From assembly GCA_017477425.1 (NCBI GenBank), contig JAFUVT010000006.1, positions 2,161-66,160 on the forward strand: DNA of 64,000 nt, given 5' to 3'. The notes under the pieces are model-generated. The model worked only from the letters and a program-made list of their open reading frames with translations. It did not search any database and was not told where the DNA came from. Both the position numbers and the translations under genes were made by a program. The stretch comes from Bacteroidales bacterium. GTDB taxonomy: Bacteria > Bacteroidota > Bacteroidia > Bacteroidales > F082. Positions 49,155-58,534 of this stretch are shown in pieces; the first letter of the stretch is position 1, and each line of letters starts with the position of its first letter.

Positions 49155-50117
49155 ATGACAGAAGACAACGAGAAATGGCTGGTCATCGTCAACCCGAAAG
49201 CCTCCATCGGGAAGGCGGAAAGAGACTGGCCTCAAATAAAACAATTCCTTGAAAACGAGGGAATTGACTTTGATTTTTTGATTACCCAACACCAAGGTCA
49301 TGCCATCGAATTGGTGCGCGACAACATCACCGAGAATGGCTATCGAAAAGTTGTTGCCGTGGGTGGCGATGGCACTAACAACGAAGTGATCAACGGCATC
49401 TTCACGCAGCAACGCTTCCCTACCGAAGAAATCACGATGGGCATCATCCCTATCGGCACGGGCAACGACTGGCGTCGCACTTTCGGCTTCAACATCGACC
49501 ATCAGGAAAACGTGAAAATCCTCAAGGCAGGACATACTTTCAAGCACGACATCGGCAAGGTGACGTATTACAACCACGGCGACCCGCAGGTGCGCTATTT
49601 CCTGAACGCTGCCGGCACGGGCCTCGATGAAGCTGTCTGCAACAGCACCAACCTGATGAAGCAACAAGGCAAAGGCGGATCGGCGCGTTACATGCTGAAT
49701 GTGGCGAAATGCCTATTCAAGTTCGACTGCATCCATATCCAACTCGAAGTGGACGACCAACTCGTCCTCGACGACGAAATCCTCAGCCTCTCGTTGGGCA
49801 ACTGCCGCTTCAATGGCGGCGGCATGATGATGATGCCCAACGCCGTGCCCAACGACGGCATCTTCGACATCACCGCCATCCGCAAGGTAGGTATTCCGAA
49901 GTTTGCCGCCAACATCGGCAACATCTACGACGGCACCTTCATCAAGAAACTGAAGGAAGTCAGCACATTCCGCGGCCGCAAGATACGAATCGTCTCCATT
50001 CCGTCCCATACCCTCAACTTGGAGACCGAGGGCGAAAACCTCACCAACTCGCCCTTCGATTTCGAGATGCTGCAACAGTCCATTAATATGGTAGTCCCTG
50101 AAAAACATCCATTCTGA
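49155..50117 (+). CDS. Diacylglycerol/lipid kinase family protein (YegS/BmrU-like)
   Basis: VVAVGGDGTNNEVINGI and IIPIGTGNDW motifs. 320 aa. Confidence 0.8.
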   Translation: MTEDNEKWLVIVNPKASIGKAERDWPQIKQFLENEGIDFDFLITQHQGHAIELVRDNITENGYRKVVAVGGDGTNNEVINGIFTQQRFPTEEITMGIIPIGTGNDWRRTFGFNIDHQENVKILKAGHTFKHDIGKVTYYNHGDPQVRYFLNAAGTGLDEAVCNSTNLMKQQGKGGSARYMLNVAKCLFKFDCIHIQLEVDDQLVLDDEILSLSLGNCRFNGGGMMMMPNAVPNDGIFDITAIRKVGIPKFAANIGNIYDGTFIKKLKEVSTFRGRKIRIVSIPSHTLNLETEGENLTNSPFDFEMLQQSINMVVPEKHPF

Positions 50118-50120
50118 ATA

Positions 50121-50190
50121 CGGCCCTTCGACAAGCTCAGGGACCTTTGCTGTTCAGAAGTTGAAGGCGCCTGAGCCTGTCGAAGGCCCG
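50121..50190. repeat. Intergenic palindromic (REP/MITE-like) element
   Basis: CGGCCCTTCGACAAGCTCAGG ... CCTGAGCCTGTCGAAGGCCCG. The arms are near-perfect inverted repeats of about 20 nt around a 28-nt loop. Confidence 0.75.
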
Positions 50191-50230
50191 ACATAAACTG
50201 AAATCTTAAATCCTTAAATACAGAAATATC

Positions 50231-51484
50231 ATGGTAAACATCGATCAAATCAATTTCGAAAACAAGCGCGTGGTGATTCGCGTGGATTTCAACGTCCCGT
50301 TGGACGACAACTTCAACATCACCGACGACACCCGCATGCGTGCCGCCCTGCCGACCATCAATAAGGTCTTGAACGACAAAGGCATGGTCGTGCTGATGTC
50401 GCACCTCGGAAGGCCGAAGAAAAACCCCGACCCGAAGTACTCCATCAAGCCGATTATCAAGCATTTGGAAGAACTTCTGGGCCGTCCCGTGCAGTTTGCC
50501 GACGACTGCATGAAAGCCGCCGACCAAGTGAATGCCTTGAAACCTGGTGAGGTGCTCGTGCTCGAAAACCTCCGCTTCTATGCCGAGGAAGAAGGCAAGC
50601 CGCGTGGCATCGAGAAAGGCGAAGAAGGTTACGACGAAGCCAAGAAAGCCATCAAGGCCTCGCAAAAGGAATTCACCAAGACGCTGGCCAGCTATGGCGA
50701 GTATTACATCAACGACGCCTTCGGCACCGCCCACCGCGCCCATGCCTCCACCGCTCTGATTGCCGACTACTTCGATGCCGACCACAAGATGTTCGGCTAC
50801 CTGATGGGCAAGGAAGTGGCTGCCGTCAACAAGGTGATGAATGAAATTCAGCATCCTTTCACCGCCATCATGGGTGGCTCGAAGGTCTCCACGAAGATCG
50901 AAATCATCGAGAACCTGCTCACCAAGGTCGACAACCTCATCCTCTGCGGCGGCATGACCTACACCTTCAAAAAGGCCCTCGGCGGCAAAATCGGCAACTC
51001 GATTTGCGAGGAAGACAAACTCGACCTCGCCTTGGAAATCATCGAGAAAGCCAAGCAAAAGGGCGTCAACCTCTACCTCTCGTTCGACGTGGTGGTGGCC
51101 GACTCGTTCTCCAACGACGCCAAGACGCAAGTCGTTGACCCGATGAATGTTCCCGACGGTTGGGAAGGCCTCGACTGCGGTCCCGAGAGCCGCAAGTTCT
51201 ACGCCGAAATCATCAAGAAGTCGAAGACCATCCTTTGGAACGGTCCCTGCGGCGTGTTCGAGTTCGACAACTTCGCCCACGGCTCGCGTGCCTTGGCCGA
51301 AGCCATCGTGGAAGCCACCGAGAAGAACGGTGCCTACTCGCTCATCGGCGGTGGCGACAGCGTGAGCTGCATCAACAAGTTCGGCTTGGCCGACCGCGTG
51401 AGCTACGTCTCGACCGGCGGCGGCGCCCTACTCGAAGCCATCGAAGGCAAAGAACTGCCAGGCATTGCAGCCATCAAGAAGTGA
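50231..51484 (+). CDS. pgk: Phosphoglycerate kinase
   Basis: 417 aa. [20 protein letters not shown] motifs. Confidence 0.95.
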   Translation: MVNIDQINFENKRVVIRVDFNVPLDDNFNITDDTRMRAALPTINKVLNDKGMVVLMSHLGRPKKNPDPKYSIKPIIKHLEELLGRPVQFADDCMKAADQVNALKPGEVLVLENLRFYAEEEGKPRGIEKGEEGYDEAKKAIKASQKEFTKTLASYGEYYINDAFGTAHRAHASTALIADYFDADHKMFGYLMGKEVAAVNKVMNEIQHPFTAIMGGSKVSTKIEIIENLLTKVDNLILCGGMTYTFKKALGGKIGNSICEEDKLDLALEIIEKAKQKGVNLYLSFDVVVADSFSNDAKTQVVDPMNVPDGWEGLDCGPESRKFYAEIIKKSKTILWNGPCGVFEFDNFAHGSRALAEAIVEATEKNGAYSLIGGGDSVSCINKFGLADRVSYVSTGGGALLEAIEGKELPGIAAIKK

Positions 51485-51504
51485 TGAATCTAATAAAAAC
51501 CAAC

Positions 51505-51540
51505 AAAGGGGTGTAGAATAAACCACTACACCCCTTTATC
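51505..51540. terminator. Intrinsic terminator after pgk
   Basis: AAAGGGGTGTAG / CTACACCCCTTT stem. Confidence 0.7.
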
Positions 51541-51567
51541 TTGTGATGCCATAATATATGGCAACCT

Positions 51568-52062
51568 TTATCTATCTTTCTTTATAATTATGTTTTGCGT
51601 CTCTAAACTTAATTCAAAACAACCATCTGTAATACGGATAGTATCATTATCTTCCTTCAATGCCTGCATATTAAAGTAGCCACATAACAAGTCAGATTCT
51701 TCTTTTGTAATTTCCAATGTTGCATCTATTGCTGGGTAACTATTGCCTGACTCATGATAATAAACTAACCTATTATCAAAATCTTCTATGTTAAAACTAG
51801 TTTTTAAAGAAGTACTGTCAATCACTTGAAAATAAACACCGCCATTCACTTCATCTATCCCATTTATGGTATATTTATTGTACATAAAACCACCATCGTC
51901 TTGTCGAAAAACTGCCTTAAGTGCATAGCACTGCACTCCAAAAGACACCTTCTTTCCATTTACATTAGCGGTCATCGTCAATATCTCTTTAGGTTTGTTG
52001 CAAGCTGCAAAACACAATAACCCTAAAACAATATAAATAATATTTTTGATCCTATTTAACAT
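51568..52062 (-). CDS. Hypothetical lipoprotein (164 aa)
   Basis: Lipobox LLCFAAC. AT-rich. No homology recognised. Confidence 0.5.
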   Translation of the reverse strand: MLNRIKNIIYIVLGLLCFAACNKPKEILTMTANVNGKKVSFGVQCYALKAVFRQDDGGFMYNKYTINGIDEVNGGVYFQVIDSTSLKTSFNIEDFDNRLVYYHESGNSYPAIDATLEITKEESDLLCGYFNMQALKEDNDTIRITDGCFELSLETQNIIIKKDR

Positions 52063-52085
52063 ATCTAATTTGAATATACCGTTTA

Positions 52086-53549
52086 TTACATTGTTTTTCC
52101 TGGAATTGGAATGATATATGATTTAAAACTCCATTTAAAGCCATTAATCGAATACTCATTTGTAACATATGGATTATCCCAGTAATAAACAGAAGTGAAA
52201 CCTACTGGTCCATTATTACTAACATTAAATGTCAAAGTTCCTCCAAAATCAAAAGTACCAGTAGTTTTGTTCTCATACTTTGCTGTCAAAGTAATACTGC
52301 TAAGCAATGTATTATCCTCCTCTTCCCAATCAAAGACCAATATACTTCCTAAAACATCTGTATACCAATTTGTTATATTTATCAAATTATTCCACCATTG
52401 GCCAACAATTGCATCACGACTTGGTGGTGAAATAATACTAGACCTATATACATATTCAGCAGTTGAACTATTGGCTAATCCTCTTATCACCCTAACTCGA
52501 AGTTCAGGAACCCCTCTAATCCATGATTCAACTTGATTTAAATCACTAGTTGTGTTAAACATCATGCGACTTATTGAAAGATTTTGACCATCTGTTCTTG
52601 CAGATGCTATAGTCGTACTTATTGGTGAAAAAGCAGATTCTCCATCGTTATTATAAGACTTAATCTTATACCAATATCTTTTACCATAACTAAGATATTT
52701 ATCAATATAACCATTATTATTAGCTGATACGGTGGCACGCAGAGAAAAATCTCCCGCATCAACTTTACGATAAATTTTATAACCGTTTTCTCCTATAACA
52801 TCTGGCCATTCAAGAATAATCTCATTAGCTGCTCCGTGATGTAATGTAAGAGAAGAAGGATTAACTGGAATATCCCTTGATGTGATACTTAAAGAATCGA
52901 ATGAAGATAATAAAGTAACTGGTTCCTCTTCTTCCCATCTGAACTTGCCGTTTTCATCGATCCTTTCCGAAACACTCACTACAATAATAGGTATATCAGG
53001 ATCTTCTTTAAGGCTAAATGTATACTGATTACCCAACCTATCATATCCATCAATAAAATCATTGTTGATATCATCAAAATCAACTGGTACAGGTACTACA
53101 GGTGGAATGAAGTTAACTTCGTCCCACTCATCGCATTTTATAGGAATTGATACTTGTAGATTAGGGATTAGTGAAGCAACTTCATCTAAATAATCATCTT
53201 CAATTTTTATTCCATTTTTTTCGAGGTTTTCTAAAAGAAATTCTCCAACTAAAACCCCTTTGTTTTCTAGTTTTCTTTTTTGTAATGAGGTAGCAAGGAT
53301 GTCATAATCACCATCAAACTTTTTTTGGGCTTCTTCCTTAATTATGCTACGAAATTCTTCATCACAAAGAGAGATTGCTATACCAAGAGCATACAACTCT
53401 ATGTAATCATTCACCTCTGATAATAAAGACTTATTATCAGTAGTTGTAAAATTCGTCTTATTAATACGTTCTTCTTCTTTCTTACAACATGCGAGTAAAA
53501 GAAAGGTTGTCATTATTATGACAAACCACGAGATGTGCTGTGTTTTCAT
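52086..53549 (-). CDS. Hypothetical lipoprotein with a fibronectin type III-like domain (487 aa)
   Basis: Lipobox LLLACC. PSSLTLHHGAANEIILEWPDVIGENGYKIYRKV...YWYKIKSYNNDGESAFSP is FN3-like. AT-rich. Confidence 0.5.
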   Translation of the reverse strand: MKTQHISWFVIIMTTFLLLACCKKEEERINKTNFTTTDNKSLLSEVNDYIELYALGIAISLCDEEFRSIIKEEAQKKFDGDYDILATSLQKRKLENKGVLVGEFLLENLEKNGIKIEDDYLDEVASLIPNLQVSIPIKCDEWDEVNFIPPVVPVPVDFDDINNDFIDGYDRLGNQYTFSLKEDPDIPIIVVSVSERIDENGKFRWEEEEPVTLLSSFDSLSITSRDIPVNPSSLTLHHGAANEIILEWPDVIGENGYKIYRKVDAGDFSLRATVSANNNGYIDKYLSYGKRYWYKIKSYNNDGESAFSPISTTIASARTDGQNLSISRMMFNTTSDLNQVESWIRGVPELRVRVIRGLANSSTAEYVYRSSIISPPSRDAIVGQWWNNLINITNWYTDVLGSILVFDWEEEDNTLLSSITLTAKYENKTTGTFDFGGTLTFNVSNNGPVGFTSVYYWDNPYVTNEYSINGFKWSFKSYIIPIPGKTM

Positions 53550-53845
53550 TTGGTTAATAGTTTACTTATTCTTTTAATATGACTTTGGTTTCGTTTTTGC
53601 GTTGCAAAAGTATATAAAATACCTTTTGTTTCCTTCGTTTCATCATTGATTTTTTCGTGATAAATGTAACTTGTTGACGTAATGATTAAGAACAATGATA
53701 GCTGATACTTCTTTTCTGTTTCAAATTTTACTCTGTAAAGTAAAAAATGAAGTCGGTTTTTAACTTTCAAAAGTAAAAAATTGGGTTGAAATTTGTTTTT
53801 CTAAAGTAAAAAATCGTATTTTTGCAACCGAAAAATAGTTACAAA

Positions 53846-54103
53846 ATGACCAAAAAAGACAAACTCATTCAAAGACTTTGCCAACAGCCAAAAGACTTCA
53901 CTTTTGCGGAATTGGAAAGCGTATTCCTAAGGCTCGGCTTCGAAAAAGACGACAAAGGAAGAACATCAGGGTCGCGAGTGAGATTCTATAATAAAGACAA
54001 ACATCTGCAATACCTGGCACACAAACCACACCCATCAAGTATAATAAAGGAAAAAGCTCTGAAAGACATCGTAAATTATCTTACCGAAAACAATCTCATA
54101 TAA
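53846..54103 (+). CDS. hicA: HicA-family mRNA interferase toxin
   Basis: MTKKDKLIQRL...FTFAELESVFLRLGFEKDDKGRTSGSRVRFYNK...LAHKPHP. The start is set at 53846 because the track start overlaps the TATTTTTG promoter box (53817..53824). Confidence 0.7.
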   Translation: MTKKDKLIQRLCQQPKDFTFAELESVFLRLGFEKDDKGRTSGSRVRFYNKDKHLQYLAHKPHPSSIIKEKALKDIVNYLTENNLI

Positions 54104-54104
54104 A

Positions 54105-54440
54105 ATGGATACACTGAAATACAAAGGTTTTATCGGAAGCATCGAAGCGGAACTGGAAGACAATACGCTTTATGGAAAAATCCTCGGATTGGACAAAGGA
54201 ACATTGATTACATACGAGGGAAGTACGCTTGCGGAATTGAAGGAAGACTTCATCAATGCCGTGGAAGACTACATCGAACACTGCAAAGCCAATGGATTGC
54301 CACTTCACAAGTCGTACACTGGCTGTTTCAATGTCCGTATTCCTGCTGATCTTCACGCCAGGGCCGTCGCTATGGCGCAAGCGGAAGGCGTTTCTTTGAA
54401 TGCCTTTGTTAAAGAAAGCATTTATCGTGCTGTTATGTAA
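54105..54440 (+). CDS. hicB: HicB-family antitoxin
   Basis: YKGFIGSIEAELEDNTLYGKILGLDKGTLITYEGSTLAELKEDF... with a C-terminal RHH-like FNVRIPADLHARAVAMAQAEGVSLNAFV. Confidence 0.75.
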   Translation: MDTLKYKGFIGSIEAELEDNTLYGKILGLDKGTLITYEGSTLAELKEDFINAVEDYIEHCKANGLPLHKSYTGCFNVRIPADLHARAVAMAQAEGVSLNAFVKESIYRAVM

Positions 54441-54476
54441 TTCATCGAAAACCAGTACTTATCAAAACCAAATACT

Positions 54477-55904
54477 ATGCTAAAACAATCCATACACAAA
54501 ACTCTCTTTGTTCTGATACTCTTTCTCGGCCTTGTCCCGATGATGAACGCCCAATGGACCAGCCCAGGCAACGGAACGACTTACACCCTGCCCGATTTGG
54601 CGGCAGTCTCCAATGGCGTCGTCACCAACGACGGCAATGTGTTTGCCATCCACAGCGACCTCACTATTTCGCAAAACGATGTGCTGCAAATCGACGACCA
54701 AGTGTCGAGAATCGACGCGGGCAACGTGCTCATCACTATACAAGGATCAATGGTTTGCACCAATACGCAACGGGTGAAACTCTACGGCACCATGACCGAG
54801 CATTTCAGCATAAGGTTCGAAAACGCCACCGATTGCGAGCTGAAAACCATGTATTTCAGCGACGGCGCAGGCATCAAACTGATTGAGTCGGAGGTAACTT
54901 TTGATGATGTGAAATTCGTTTATTTCACGAGGGACTACTGCAATGCAGTCATCGACGCTTTCAATTGCGACCCGACCATCAGCAACTGCTACTTTATGCT
55001 GAACGAAGGCGCAGCCATCAGCTCGCCGGCCAATGGACAAAGCTCGCCGCAAATCATCAATTGCGAATTCGACACGAATGTGGATGGCCTCAACAGTCCG
55101 CAAATCAACCTCGGTCCCGGTGGCGAAGACACGATTCGCATCGTTGGGAACGAAATCTACACGATTATGGCATCGTGGTATGTCGGGGGCGTTTCCGTCG
55201 CCGACCTCATGGGAACCGGTTCGACCAAAGTGCTGCTCAAGGACAACGTCATCAAGGAAGGCCGCTACGGATACAACCAGCAGGGCCTGACGATATCGTC
55301 GGTAATCGAAGGCAACCAATTCGTCAACAACTATCACGAGGACAACCCGATGAACGGCGGCAGCGGCATCAGCATCTATGGCATGGACGAGAACAACAAG
55401 GCCATCATCCGCAACAACGTCATCACGGGCAACCTGTGGGGCATCACCGCCATCAATGGCTTCGACATCGACCTAGGCACCGAAGACGACTGGGGCCACA
55501 ACGAAATCCACGACAACGGCAACGGTGGCGTCATTTATGACTTGTACAACAACTCCGCCTACGACATTATGGCCGTGGGCAACAACTGGGGCACCAGCAA
55601 CGCTGACGAAATCGAGGCGCACATCTTCCACCAAAACGACGACCCAAGCCTCGGATTGGTCACCTATGTGCCTTTCATCGATTATGACGCTGTTGGCGAG
55701 AATAATACCCACATTTTTGAAGTTTGGCCCAATCCTGCTCAAGGGCATTTCACGGTGGAAGGCTCGGGGGTGATGACCATCACCAACACCCTTGGGCAAA
55801 CCGTCCTGACCCGAGAAATCGACGGAAAGGAAACCATCGAATTGCCGCGAGGCCTTTATGTTGTGAAAATGGGCAACGCCACGCAAAAGGTCATCGTTGA
55901 ATAA
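54477..55904 (+). CDS. Right-handed beta-helix repeat protein with a T9SS C-terminal sorting domain
   Basis: Repetitive N/G-rich beta-helix segments. C-terminus FEVWPNPAQGHFTVEG...GLYVVKMGNATQKVIVE. Confidence 0.7.
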   Translation: MLKQSIHKTLFVLILFLGLVPMMNAQWTSPGNGTTYTLPDLAAVSNGVVTNDGNVFAIHSDLTISQNDVLQIDDQVSRIDAGNVLITIQGSMVCTNTQRVKLYGTMTEHFSIRFENATDCELKTMYFSDGAGIKLIESEVTFDDVKFVYFTRDYCNAVIDAFNCDPTISNCYFMLNEGAAISSPANGQSSPQIINCEFDTNVDGLNSPQINLGPGGEDTIRIVGNEIYTIMASWYVGGVSVADLMGTGSTKVLLKDNVIKEGRYGYNQQGLTISSVIEGNQFVNNYHEDNPMNGGSGISIYGMDENNKAIIRNNVITGNLWGITAINGFDIDLGTEDDWGHNEIHDNGNGGVIYDLYNNSAYDIMAVGNNWGTSNADEIEAHIFHQNDDPSLGLVTYVPFIDYDAVGENNTHIFEVWPNPAQGHFTVEGSGVMTITNTLGQTVLTREIDGKETIELPRGLYVVKMGNATQKVIVE

Positions 55905-55946
55905 TCATTGAATAAATTCCGTATCTTTGTAGCCAAATTTCGTTTT

Positions 55947-57107
55947 ATGTCAAAGACCATCGTCAATATCATCGACCAAAGCAATCCGTTGCCTGCCTAT
56001 CTTTTCACCAAGGAATATTACGAAGAAGGCGACGAATTGCTGTTTATCTCCACTGAAGAGGAAGCCCATTGCATTCAACTCTTAACCCATCAGTTATCGG
56101 TGGATGAAAAGCTGGTGAAGAGCATTATCGTCAAGCGGTATCAGGACAACCTGCTCTACGAGCGCATCTGCCGCACCATCAAGGGCAACCTGATTCCGAA
56201 CAAGCAATATTACCTGAACTTGGCGGGCGGCAACCGTTATATGACGCTTTCGGTGCAGCACGTCTTCGAAGAGTTCAACACCTTGTTTTTCTACACACAA
56301 ACGCGTGAAAACCAGATTGTAAAGACCATCTTCGACAATAGCATTTATGACGATGACGACGAGGTGTTTCCCGTCAAGCACCGCATGACCTTGAAGGAAT
56401 ATTTCGGCCTTTACGGACTGCAAAGCGACGTGGACCAGCCCCGAAAGATGGTGAAAGACGTGGCTTTTTCGCAGCACTTGTTCACGATGTTCTCGCAAAA
56501 CCTACTCGGACAAGGCGACTACAAAGTGATGGAGTTACTCCGCGAGAAGTACCGCAACTGGAAGTTCCTCATCGTCTCGCAAGTAGAAAAACCCGAGAAA
56601 GACTATATGACCGCCATCCCCAACTTGGGCAAGTTTCTGGATTTCATTGGCTTTGAGCCCGAGCGGAAAGGCTCGTTGCAAAGTTATGAAATCGAGTACC
56701 TCACGGGCGGCTGGTTTGAGGAATACGTCTATTCGCTCATCAAGGAGGTGCTGCAGCCCGACGACATCGCCATGGGCGTGCACATCTCCAACGGGAAAAT
56801 CAAGCACAACAACGAACTGGACGTTTGCTTCATCAAGGCCAACAAACTGTTCGTCATCGAGTGCAAGACCGGCGTGACCAGCGAGAGCCTCTTCAACGAA
56901 ATCGTCTACAAGGTCTGCGCCCTAAAGGAAGTGCTACTCGGCAGCGGCAATTCCTACATCTTCTCGCTCAAGAAAGACTCGAAAGGCACCTGGAAAAAGA
57001 CGGCCAAATACATGGGCATCACCTTCTGCGACTGGCTCAACCTGACCAAACCCGAAAATCTGAAGCATATCTTGAAGGAAATGAACCGGATTGCGAAGGA
57101 GGCGTGA
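55947..57107 (+). CDS. CARF-like + PD-(D/E)xK nuclease protein (Card1/Can2-like, DUF1887 family)
   Basis: N-terminal Rossmann-like domain with LNLAGGNRYMTL. C-terminal LTGGWFEEYVYSLI and ELDVCFIKANKLFVIECKTG (D...ExK). A TATCTTTG box lies at about 55922. No cas genes or CRISPR array in the window. Confidence 0.6.
   Translation: MSKTIVNIIDQSNPLPAYLFTKEYYEEGDELLFISTEEEAHCIQLLTHQLSVDEKLVKSIIVKRYQDNLLYERICRTIKGNLIPNKQYYLNLAGGNRYMTLSVQHVFEEFNTLFFYTQTRENQIVKTIFDNSIYDDDDEVFPVKHRMTLKEYFGLYGLQSDVDQPRKMVKDVAFSQHLFTMFSQNLLGQGDYKVMELLREKYRNWKFLIVSQVEKPEKDYMTAIPNLGKFLDFIGFEPERKGSLQSYEIEYLTGGWFEEYVYSLIKEVLQPDDIAMGVHISNGKIKHNNELDVCFIKANKLFVIECKTGVTSESLFNEIVYKVCALKEVLLGSGNSYIFSLKKDSKGTWKKTAKYMGITFCDWLNLTKPENLKHILKEMNRIAKEA
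57013..57105 (+). repeat. 93-bp direct repeat, copy 1 (3' end of the Card1-like gene)
   Basis: TGGGCATCACCTTCTGCGACTGGCTCAACCTGACCAAACC...GAAGGAGGCGT. Partner at 58423..58515 with 2 mismatches. Confidence 0.9.
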
Positions 57108-57285
57108 GTTCATTTGTCTTGACAACTTCCGGCATATAAATGACATTTTTTCTGACGAGTTTTGAGCCGTTAGCATATCTTCCCGAAAAGAAAAAACATA
57201 AAATCTTGGATTATACTCCAAAAAAAATACTAAAATTTTGGATTATATTCCAAAAAATACATATTTTTGCAGTGCTAATACAAAT

Positions 57286-58419
57286 ATGATGATACAAAGA
57301 GCCTTAAAAGAAGTCATAGAAAGACAACTATATCATGGCAAAGCCATCGTGTTGGTGGGTGCCCGTCAGGTGGGAAAGACCACCTTGCTCAGCCTATTGG
57401 CAAATGAAAGCAACCAACCCGTCTTGATGCTCAATTGCGACGAAACGGAAGCACGCAACCTATTGGAAAACACCAATGTTGCCAAACTGAAAATGCTGAT
57501 TGGCACCAACAAACTCGTTATTATCGATGAAGCGCAAAAGGTGGACAACATCGGCTTGACGCTGAAACTCATCGTTGACAATTTCAAGGATATACAGGTG
57601 ATAGCCACAGGCTCGTCTGCCTTCGAGTTGCGCAACCGACTGAACGAACCCCTTACGGGACGCAAGTTGGAATACCATCTCTATCCCATATCAAGTGCCG
57701 AAATCGTGCAGACCTATGGCCTGCTCGAAGAAAAACGGACTTTGGAAAACCGACTGATATACGGCAGCTATCCCGACATCATCCAGCATCCGGAACAGGC
57801 TCGCAGATACCTTACCGAACTGACACAAAGCTATTTATATAAGGACATTTTCTCGTTGGGCGACATTCGCAAACCCGAGTTGGTCGAAAAATTGGTGCAG
57901 GCACTTGCGTTTCAGATTGGAAGCGAGGTCTCGACGAACGAATTGGCCAAAATGCTGCAAACCGATAGCAAGACCATCGACAAATACATCGACTTGTTGG
58001 AGAAATGCTATGTGGTGTTCCGTTTGAGCGGCCTCAACCGCAACCTGAGGAACGAACTGAAAAAAAGCAAGAAGATATATTTTTACGATACAGGTGTTCG
58101 AAACGCTGTCATTCAGCAGTTTGCGCCTGTTTCCTTGCGTGGCGACATGGGGCCTTTGTGGGAAAACTTCTTCATCGCTGAGCGAAAAAAGCGCAACCAT
58201 TACAACGAGCATCTCTGCAATTCCTATTTTTGGCGCACCACACAACAGCAGGAGATTGACCTCGTTGAGGAATGTGACGGCCAAATGACCGCATTCGAGA
58301 TGAAATGGAACCCCGAAAAGAAAGCGCATTTCCCCAAGAGCTTCTTGGAGGCCTACCCCGTGAAAGAAACCGTGGTGATTACTCCCGAAAACTATCTGGA
58401 TGCCTTGATGACCCCTTAA
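57286..58419 (+). CDS. AAA_14/DUF4143-type ATP-binding protein
   Basis: Walker A GARQVGKTTL, Walker B VIIDEAQ, C-terminal DUF4143-like region (EIDLV..). The start is set after the TATTTTTG box. Confidence 0.75.
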   Translation: MMIQRALKEVIERQLYHGKAIVLVGARQVGKTTLLSLLANESNQPVLMLNCDETEARNLLENTNVAKLKMLIGTNKLVIIDEAQKVDNIGLTLKLIVDNFKDIQVIATGSSAFELRNRLNEPLTGRKLEYHLYPISSAEIVQTYGLLEEKRTLENRLIYGSYPDIIQHPEQARRYLTELTQSYLYKDIFSLGDIRKPELVEKLVQALAFQIGSEVSTNELAKMLQTDSKTIDKYIDLLEKCYVVFRLSGLNRNLRNELKKSKKIYFYDTGVRNAVIQQFAPVSLRGDMGPLWENFFIAERKKRNHYNEHLCNSYFWRTTQQQEIDLVEECDGQMTAFEMKWNPEKKAHFPKSFLEAYPVKETVVITPENYLDALMTP

Positions 58420-58422
58420 GAT

Positions 58423-58515
58423 TGGGCATCACCTTCTGCGACTGGCTCAACCTGACCAAACCTGAGAATCTGAAGCATATCTTGAAGGAAATGAACCGGA
58501 TTGCGAAGGAGGCGT
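58423..58515 (+). repeat. 93-bp direct repeat, copy 2
   Basis: Duplicates the last 31 codons of the Card1-like gene directly after the AAA_14 gene. Confidence 0.9.
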
Positions 58516-58534
58516 AAAATAGCCTGCTCTCAAT

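Noticed and set aside
58305-58517. 70-aa ORF ending in ...GITFCDWLNLTKPENLKHILKEMNRIAKEA.
   Set aside because: Its last 31 codons are the duplicated 3' end of the Card1-like gene. The upstream part overlaps the AAA_14 gene in another frame, so this is a by-product of the 93-bp duplication.
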